A DNA stretch of 64,000 bases, taken from a virus. The notes below the pieces were generated by a model. The model did not search any database and was not told where the DNA came from. It saw nothing but the letters and a program-made list of their open reading frames with translations. Within the stretch, counting starts at the first letter, position 1; each line of letters begins with the position of its first letter. The translations under genes and the position numbers were made by a program. Shown here piece after piece: positions 57,781 to 64,000 of this stretch. The stretch covers positions 1-64,000 of the IMG/VR virus record IMGVR_UViG_3300030329_005371. One strand, 5' to 3'.

Positions 57781-58500
57781 ATGAATATTGAAGAACATCT
57801 TAAATTTTGGGAAGATGCCAAACCACACCAGATGAATGCGACAGCAGCAATTCGATGGTTCGGTACTCCGACCCCATGGCACTATCGTATATGTAATATG
57901 ATAGCAAAAAGGCGCCTAACTAATATATTTGATGCTGGCTGCGGAGTAGGACTTATAAGAACACTATTAAAATCAGAATACTCAGACCATAAATTTAATT
58001 ATAAAGGAATCGATATCACTCCTAAATTCGTTAATATTTGTCAAAAGCTTGAAATGGATGTGTCGATAGGAAATATTGAAAATATTGATGAGAGTGATAA
58101 TACCTATGATTTGGCGATGGCGTTGGATGTATTGAATCATCAAATGGATTTTAAAAAGTCCTTAAGCGAGCTTATAAGAATAAGTAATAAAATTGTTTAT
58201 ATATCGTTTTTTAGAGAGTTTAAAGATCCTTCCGAGATAGTTTATAAACACACGGACCCTGTTTTGATTTATCACCATTACAATAAGCAAGATATAATAG
58301 ATTATTTAAATACTTTTGATAACATTGAGATGTTTGAGTTTTTTAACGCTGGTCGTCAAACACACCATAGAGTGGCCCACAGCACCGTAACATTAAAAAA
58401 TACTCCTAATCCCCACAAATGGGGATTCATCTGGGAAAATCATCCGGAACAGCGGCCAACTTTATTACCACATGAAGATCTATTGATCATAAAGGCTTAA
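57781..58500 (+). CDS. Class I SAM methyltransferase
   Basis: DAGCGVG, GIDI, VLNH. Confidence 0.85.
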   Translation: MNIEEHLKFWEDAKPHQMNATAAIRWFGTPTPWHYRICNMIAKRRLTNIFDAGCGVGLIRTLLKSEYSDHKFNYKGIDITPKFVNICQKLEMDVSIGNIENIDESDNTYDLAMALDVLNHQMDFKKSLSELIRISNKIVYISFFREFKDPSEIVYKHTDPVLIYHHYNKQDIIDYLNTFDNIEMFEFFNAGRQTHHRVAHSTVTLKNTPNPHKWGFIWENHPEQRPTLLPHEDLLIIKA

Positions 58501-58501
58501 G

Positions 58502-59284
58502 ATGAACATTGACGAAAAAAAGAACATAATTATTAATTGGCTAAAGTCCTATTCGCAAGATAGCGATAGAATTTTTGTTGTTGGCGTATCGGGAGGTATT
58601 GATTCTGCTCTCACATCGACTTTGTGCGCCGAAACTGGCATTCGTACGATGGCTGTATCGATGCCTATATATCAGCAATCCTCGCAACTAGACAGGGCCC
58701 ATGCTCATATCGCATGGCTTAAAGAAAACTATGAGAATGTGGAAGATACAGAAATCGATTTAACATTTGCTTTTTATTCATTTAAGAATATGCTCCCTGG
58801 CGAGTTTAAAAGTGAATTAGGGCTGGCAAATACTAGATCTCGCCTTAGAATGCTCACTTTATATCAGGTTGCGTCTTCTATCGGCGGCTTAGTGATAGGA
58901 ACCGGCAACAAGGTAGAAGACTTTGGAGTTGGCTTCTATACAAAATATGGCGATGGTGGTGTAGACTTAAGTCCTATAGCAGATTTAATGAAGTCTGAAG
59001 TGAGAGAGATGGCATCGTTACTAGGAGTTTCACAACATATCATTACGGCGCCCCCCACTGATGGGCTGTGGGAAGATCATAGGACCGATGAAGAGCAAAT
59101 CGGCGCTACGTACGAAGAATTAGAATGGGCTATGAATTATATCGATTCCTATATCAACACTGAAACGCCCCCAGCCCCCACAACGCGCCAACAAGAAGTA
59201 TTAAAGATTTATAATGAATTTCATAGGACAAACTCTCATAAGATGAGACCTATACCAGTTTGTACATTTAAGGAGCAAAAATGA
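58502..59284 (+). CDS. nadE: NH3-dependent NAD+ synthetase
   Basis: GVSGGIDS, NTRSRLRM, GTGNKVE, FYTKYGDG, PTDGLW..TDE. Confidence 0.93.
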   Translation: MNIDEKKNIIINWLKSYSQDSDRIFVVGVSGGIDSALTSTLCAETGIRTMAVSMPIYQQSSQLDRAHAHIAWLKENYENVEDTEIDLTFAFYSFKNMLPGEFKSELGLANTRSRLRMLTLYQVASSIGGLVIGTGNKVEDFGVGFYTKYGDGGVDLSPIADLMKSEVREMASLLGVSQHIITAPPTDGLWEDHRTDEEQIGATYEELEWAMNYIDSYINTETPPAPTTRQQEVLKIYNEFHRTNSHKMRPIPVCTFKEQK

Positions 59285-60291
59285 AGAAAGCGTTGGTTTG
59301 TGGAGCGGGAGGGTTTATCGGCGGCCACCTCGTAAAGTTTTTAAAAGAGCGCGGATATTGGGTTCGCGGCGTTGATTTGAAATATAATGAATTTCATGCT
59401 GTTCATGAAGCAGCCGATGACTTTGTAGTCGGAGATCTGCGCGATCCTTTGGTAGTCGCATCGGTTGTTGACGATGAAATGGATGAAATCTATCAACTAG
59501 CCGCTGATATGGGAGGCGCCGGGTTTGTATTTACAGGTGAGAATGATGCCGATATTATGCATAACTCTGCGTTAATTAACTTAAATATTGCGCACGAAGC
59601 CTCTAAAAAGAGTGTCGGAAGGGTGTTCTACTCTTCGTCTGCGTGTATGTATCCAGAGCACAATCAGCTCGATCCAGACAACCCTAATTGCGTGGAAGAT
59701 TCCGCATATCCAGCAAATCCCGATTCAGAATATGGATGGGAAAAGCTTTTTTCTGAGCGCATGTTCTTATCTTTCATGAGAAATAAAGGCCTAGAAGTGC
59801 GCATCGCGCGCTATCATAACATCTTCGGACCTTATGGAACGTGGACAGGCGGCAGAGAGAAGGCACCGGCTGCGTTCTGTCGAAAGGTGGCGGTTGCTCC
59901 CGAAGGCGGCTCTGTAGAAATTTGGGGCCCCGGCAATCAAACTCGCTCATTCCTTTATGTAGATGAATGTGTTGAAGCAACATACCGCCTAATGCAATCG
60001 GACTTCACTGGCCCAGTTAATATTGGCTCAGAAGAGATGATCTCGATGAACGATTTTGCTCAAATGGTTATTGGTATATCTGGTAAGGATTTATCCATTT
60101 ATAATATTGATGGCGAAGAATTCGAAGCTAAATATGGCCATCGTTGCCCTGTAGGGGTAAATGGCCGAAATTCAGATAACAACCTTTATCGAGAAAAGAT
60201 TGGCTGGGCAGTTTCTGAGCCTTTGGTAGATGGAATGCGAAAGACTTATGCTTGGATTGAAGAAAGAGCTTCGGAGGCTGTCAATGCATGA
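59281..60291 (+). CDS. GDP-mannose 3,5-epimerase-like SDR
   Basis: GAGGFIG, LAADMGGAGF, SSAC.YP, YGWEK, REKAPAAFCRK. Confidence 0.88.
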   Translation: MKKALVCGAGGFIGGHLVKFLKERGYWVRGVDLKYNEFHAVHEAADDFVVGDLRDPLVVASVVDDEMDEIYQLAADMGGAGFVFTGENDADIMHNSALINLNIAHEASKKSVGRVFYSSSACMYPEHNQLDPDNPNCVEDSAYPANPDSEYGWEKLFSERMFLSFMRNKGLEVRIARYHNIFGPYGTWTGGREKAPAAFCRKVAVAPEGGSVEIWGPGNQTRSFLYVDECVEATYRLMQSDFTGPVNIGSEEMISMNDFAQMVIGISGKDLSIYNIDGEEFEAKYGHRCPVGVNGRNSDNNLYREKIGWAVSEPLVDGMRKTYAWIEERASEAVNA

Positions 60292-60985
60292 ATTAACGGA
60301 GTTAGCCAATAAATATGGATCCGATAAGGGCTCAGTACACGTTTTTACTGAAAAAATTTATGGACCTCTTTTTCAAAGTAAAAAAGAAAAACCTATTAAT
60401 ATTTTAGAAATTGGCGCCGGTAAAGTTGGCGGCTCTCATAAGATGTGGAAAGAATATTTCATAAATGGGGAAGTCTACTGTATGGATCCTTTCTTTTTGC
60501 CAGATCAGGTAGTAACAATTAAAGAGCTTGAAGATTTGGGTATTAATATTATTAGAGGAAATCAGCTAAATAGAGAGGATTTATTAGCCGCCGGCCAAGC
60601 AGCAAAAGGTGGCTACGATATTATCATTGACGATGGGGCTCATATGCCTGATGCTATCCAGCTTTCGGTAGGTCTTTTATTTCCCTATCTCAAGAGTGGC
60701 GGCTATTTTATCATAGAAGATCTCGCGACAGCGCGCCGCCGCGGCGGGAATATAGATGATGTTAATGAAAATCTTCTCAAATTAGATACTAAAAATTTAA
60801 TGAAAGAACGACATGTTCCAGATTATACTTTAGAACAATCTCTCGCACACTATCAATCTGAAGAATGGTTGTCCAATGTTCTACAACACGAAGAAAAACA
60901 ATATTTAGTAGATAATATCCGCGATTGGAAAGTTTTCGATGATGGTGGACGTCTACAGAATATTTGTGTTATAGTAAAGAAATAG
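60284..60985 (+). CDS. Sugar O-methyltransferase-like
   Basis: KYGSDK, LEIG, DIIIDDG.H, GGYFIIED. Confidence 0.8.
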   Translation: MHELTELANKYGSDKGSVHVFTEKIYGPLFQSKKEKPINILEIGAGKVGGSHKMWKEYFINGEVYCMDPFFLPDQVVTIKELEDLGINIIRGNQLNREDLLAAGQAAKGGYDIIIDDGAHMPDAIQLSVGLLFPYLKSGGYFIIEDLATARRRGGNIDDVNENLLKLDTKNLMKERHVPDYTLEQSLAHYQSEEWLSNVLQHEEKQYLVDNIRDWKVFDDGGRLQNICVIVKK

Positions 60986-60993
60986 GGAATAAA

Positions 60994-61863
60994 ATGGCAA
61001 GATGCTTAGTTACAGGACACAAAGGTTACATTGGTAGCCGCCTGTATCAAAAATTACAAGAAGATGGTCACGAAGTTATGGGAATTGATTTGAATACGGA
61101 TATTCCTCATGATGTGGTTAAAGTTCTCGACGAAGGTGCTGATGGCAAGTTTCATCCGCATTATTATAATTTTCAGCCTGAATATATTTTTCACTTAGCA
61201 TGTTGGCCTAGAGTTGGCTATAGCATTGAAAAGCCCGTGGATACGATGAAAAATAATGTATTGGCCGGTAGCGTTCTTTTAAATTTTGCGCGCAAGGTAG
61301 GGTCTGTTAAGCGCGTTATATACTCTAGTTCTTCGTCGGTTGTTGGTAATGGCGCCGGTCCAACAAATCCATATGCCTTACAAAAGCTTACAACTGAAAT
61401 GGAAATGGGCATTTATTCTAGAATTTACGGCTTAGACACTGTATCTTTGCGCTATTTTAATGTTTATTCAGAAGATCAAAAGGCAACGGGCCCCTATGCT
61501 ACTGTGGTTGCTCATTGGATGCATTCTATTAGGAACAATATCAGCCCTTTTATAACCGGAGATGGTAGCCAAAGAAGAGATATGGTTTATTTAGATGATG
61601 CTGTATCGGCTAATATATTTGCTATGGAATATAAGGATAGTTTTAAAGGCGCCATTTTCGATGTTGGAACAGGTAACAATATTTCTTTGATGGAATTAAA
61701 AGAAATAGTAGAAGCACACCATAAAGACTTAAATTTCGTATATAAACCAGATCGTCTGGGCGAAGTAAAAGTTACTCGGGCGTTCACAGAGCCACTGCGA
61801 ATGCTTGGTTGGGATGCTTCAATATGTATTGAAGATGGCATGAAAAGGTGTTTTTCGTTTTAA
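60994..61863 (+). CDS. NAD-dependent epimerase/dehydratase
   Basis: TGHKGYIG, SSSS, YALQK, RYFNVY, GDGSQRRD. Confidence 0.9.
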   Translation: MARCLVTGHKGYIGSRLYQKLQEDGHEVMGIDLNTDIPHDVVKVLDEGADGKFHPHYYNFQPEYIFHLACWPRVGYSIEKPVDTMKNNVLAGSVLLNFARKVGSVKRVIYSSSSSVVGNGAGPTNPYALQKLTTEMEMGIYSRIYGLDTVSLRYFNVYSEDQKATGPYATVVAHWMHSIRNNISPFITGDGSQRRDMVYLDDAVSANIFAMEYKDSFKGAIFDVGTGNNISLMELKEIVEAHHKDLNFVYKPDRLGEVKVTRAFTEPLRMLGWDASICIEDGMKRCFSF

Positions 61864-61872
61864 GGAGGAAAA

Positions 61873-62721
61873 TTGGACACTATTGGAATTATTGGGCAGG
61901 GATTTGTAGGAACTGCTGTTAGAGAAGGTTTTAGAAACCATTTTAATATTGAGACTTATGATAAGTTTAAGAGGGATGTATCTACATGTGATACATTAAC
62001 TGAACTATGCGGCAAAGCAAATGTGATTTTTGTATGTTTGCCTACACCTATGCGCAAAGATGGATCGTGCGATCTTTCAATTGTCCAACAGACTGTAATG
62101 AATATTGATGCTGAAGGCCAAGGCAATGTGGCTGTTATTAAGTCGACAGTGCCCCCTGGGACGACCGGCGCTCTCAACGATAAGTGTAAAAATATTCAGG
62201 TTGTATTTAATCCTGAATTTTTGACGGAGGCCAACTATATTGATGACTTCAAAAATCAAAATCGTATTATTATCGGGGGCCCTCGACCGGCCTCAACTAT
62301 TGTCAAGAATCTTTTTAAGAAAGCTTTTTACACTACACCTATAATTAAGACCGGTTCAAGCACCGCAGAGATGGTTAAGTATTTTATTAATTGTTTTCTT
62401 GCCACTAAAGTAAGTTTTGCTAACGAGCTTAAACAAATTTGCGAGCATACTGATATTGATTATGATAAGGTTGTAGAATATGCGCTTTACGACGAACGCA
62501 TTGGAAAGTCTCATTTTTCTACACCGGGTCCAGACGGCCGCCGAGGATTTGGCGGCTCATGCTTTCCCAAAGATATCAATGCTATGATCACATTTGCTAG
62601 CAGTTTAAATGTCGATCCATTGGTTTTGAGCGCAGCCTGGAATAAAAATTTAGAAGTACGACCTGAAAGAGACTGGGAACAGCTCAAAGGACGTGCCGTA
62701 TCACAAGAGGAAGAACAATGA
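61873..62721 (+). CDS. Short UDP-glucose dehydrogenase family protein (no C-terminal domain)
   Basis: GQGFVG, KST, NPEFL.E, AE..K..N, GFGGSCFPKD. Confidence 0.88.
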   Translation: MDTIGIIGQGFVGTAVREGFRNHFNIETYDKFKRDVSTCDTLTELCGKANVIFVCLPTPMRKDGSCDLSIVQQTVMNIDAEGQGNVAVIKSTVPPGTTGALNDKCKNIQVVFNPEFLTEANYIDDFKNQNRIIIGGPRPASTIVKNLFKKAFYTTPIIKTGSSTAEMVKYFINCFLATKVSFANELKQICEHTDIDYDKVVEYALYDERIGKSHFSTPGPDGRRGFGGSCFPKDINAMITFASSLNVDPLVLSAAWNKNLEVRPERDWEQLKGRAVSQEEEQ

Positions 62722-62939
62722 AACAATATAAAACACACAAATTGTCTACACAGGCACTAGGAGCCGTTATGATGGCTTTACAAGAATCGCTATTAAATGA
62801 ATTAGACATCGTACCGATTCTTAAAAACTTTGATCTCGTTGAAACGGATGATGGGCTTGTCGTCAAAAATCCGCCCACTGTAAGATTTAGTGACAACAGT
62901 ACGATTAGCGAACAAGATTTAAAGAATATGGCAGAATAG
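62718..62939 (+). CDS. Hypothetical protein
   Basis: GAGGA RBS, ATGA overlap. Confidence 0.6.
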   Translation: MKQYKTHKLSTQALGAVMMALQESLLNELDIVPILKNFDLVETDDGLVVKNPPTVRFSDNSTISEQDLKNMAE

Positions 62940-63193
62940 TGCCTCGGTATCGTTACCATTGTGAAGCGTGCGAAAAAGAGATTGTGATTTTTCACCGCAT
63001 TAACGATATCGTTACAAAGTGCCCCCAGTGTGAGTCAGAGACTATCGAAAAGATGCTCTCTGTTCCGGTAGTTATAAATAAAGATCGCAATCAAAGTTCT
63101 CAAGTTGGCAAACTCACTCATGAATATATTAAAGCCAATAAAGAAATTCTAAAAAATCAAAAGAAGGAAGCAGAAAAACAGAATTATGAGTAG
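62939..63193 (+). CDS. FmdB-type zinc-ribbon protein
   Basis: MP.Y.Y.CEAC...CPQC. Confidence 0.8.
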   Translation: MPRYRYHCEACEKEIVIFHRINDIVTKCPQCESETIEKMLSVPVVINKDRNQSSQVGKLTHEYIKANKEILKNQKKEAEKQNYE

Positions 63194-63536
63194 ACTAGAA
63201 ATTATATTATCAGCAGTCTTAACTTTTTCTATTATTTTAAATATAGGATTTTTCCTGTATGCTCGCGCCTCCGTCTTACGTTTATTAGCGGTTGCTGAAG
63301 AGTTGGGAGATCTCCAGCGAATGATGGATGCCTTTGCTAGGCACCTTAAGGCTGTTTATGAGCTTGACTCTTTTTATGGCGATCAGACTTTGGAGTCACT
63401 TCTTAATCACGCAATTTCACTAAACGAACAGATGGAGACGTTTGAATTCATATACTCCCTAATTGAAGAAACAGATAAAATAGATGACGCAGAAAACCCC
63501 CCCGAAAACGAAGAAACGGCGCCAGAAGCGAAATAA
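63186..63536 (+). CDS. Membrane-anchored hypothetical protein
   Basis: N-terminal TM helix then coiled coil. Confidence 0.65.
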   Translation: MSRLEIILSAVLTFSIILNIGFFLYARASVLRLLAVAEELGDLQRMMDAFARHLKAVYELDSFYGDQTLESLLNHAISLNEQMETFEFIYSLIEETDKIDDAENPPENEETAPEAK

Positions 63537-64000
63537 AAATTATTATTTCACTCAGGTGCATGAAGACGCAATAATACGATATTCTCAAATTACATGTATA
63601 AGAGAGCGTACTGAATTATATGTAAAGTGGATACAGCCAGCATTCAATGAAATGGTTGATAAAATTGTTTTTACTTATAAATTTACTAATCTTCCTAATT
63701 GTGATTCACTGCGAGATGAATGCAAGATTTGGTTAATGACCATATTAGATAAATATGATCCATCTAAGGGCTCGAAGGCCTTTTCTTATTTTTCAGTTAT
63801 AACAAAGAATTGGTTCATACACAAGGTTAAAAGACAGCAGAAACGTAATATTCGCGAGGTAGATTTTGATAATGTTTCTAAGCGCTTTGAGGAAGAGTTT
63901 TTAGCAACCAACGATTCATATTTAACCCAACGAGAAGAAGAGGAATTTTGGCAATTATTCTATACAGAATTGCGTTCATGGGATGTATCGTCTATGAAAG
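63484..64000 (+). CDS. Phage sigma factor (gp55/sigma70 region-2-like), truncated by window end
   Basis: Not in ORF track because no stop; translates MTQKTPP...NYYFT...LDKYDPSKGSKAFSYFSVITKNWFI, matching region 2.3-2.4. Confidence 0.75.
   Translation, partial: MTQKTPPKTKKRRQKRNKNYYFTQVHEDAIIRYSQITCIRERTELYVKWIQPAFNEMVDKIVFTYKFTNLPNCDSLRDECKIWLMTILDKYDPSKGSKAFSYFSVITKNWFIHKVKRQQKRNIREVDFDNVSKRFEEEFLATNDSYLTQREEEEFWQLFYTELRSWDVSSMK

Noticed and set aside
41113-62721. Bacterial chromosomal O-antigen/capsule locus
   Set aside because: No wzx, wzy, wzz or ABC exporter, and the flanks are phage-type genes.
1-64000. Alternative genetic code
   Set aside because: Genes tile densely under the standard code and TAA, TAG and TGA all end recognisable proteins.

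Overview
This window looks like 64 kb of a large tailed-phage (jumbo-type) genome, and essentially all credible genes lie on the + strand. (1) Bases 1-~5750 form a GC-rich early/host-takeover-like block (MoxR-type AAA ATPase, HExxH+vWA protein, SWIM finger, small beta-barrel proteins). It is cut into cassettes by five identically built promoters: GTGACA-N4-GTGACA-N9-TTG..-N17-TATAYT. (2) Bases ~5750-6770 are a mostly non-coding junction with GTAACA half-site clusters, a C-run and A-tracts, where composition switches to AT-rich; it is a candidate origin, packaging site or genome end. (3) Bases ~6770-27100 are a late/virion-like region. Here at least eight unrelated proteins share an N-terminal MKLL(M/L/I)E(N/G)WR(K/Q)(Y/F)xxE leader, including a kinase, a 2H phosphoesterase, a HAD nucleotidase and a GNAT-like protein, with a degenerate copy on a Nudix hydrolase. 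This is the best candidate for a novel system: a portable capsid-targeting tag that loads effector enzymes into the virion. (4) A middle region carries tmRNA, tRNA-Thr(UGU), FKBP, Hsp20, PMM, HNH, thymidine kinase, PIN-PhoH and a Cas4-like nuclease. (5) A ~21.6 kb glycan locus (glycosyl-, methyl- and sulfotransferases, nucleotide-sugar enzymes) also contains nadE. (6) A gp55-like sigma factor is truncated at the right edge. All calls come from motif recognition by eye; no database search was run.
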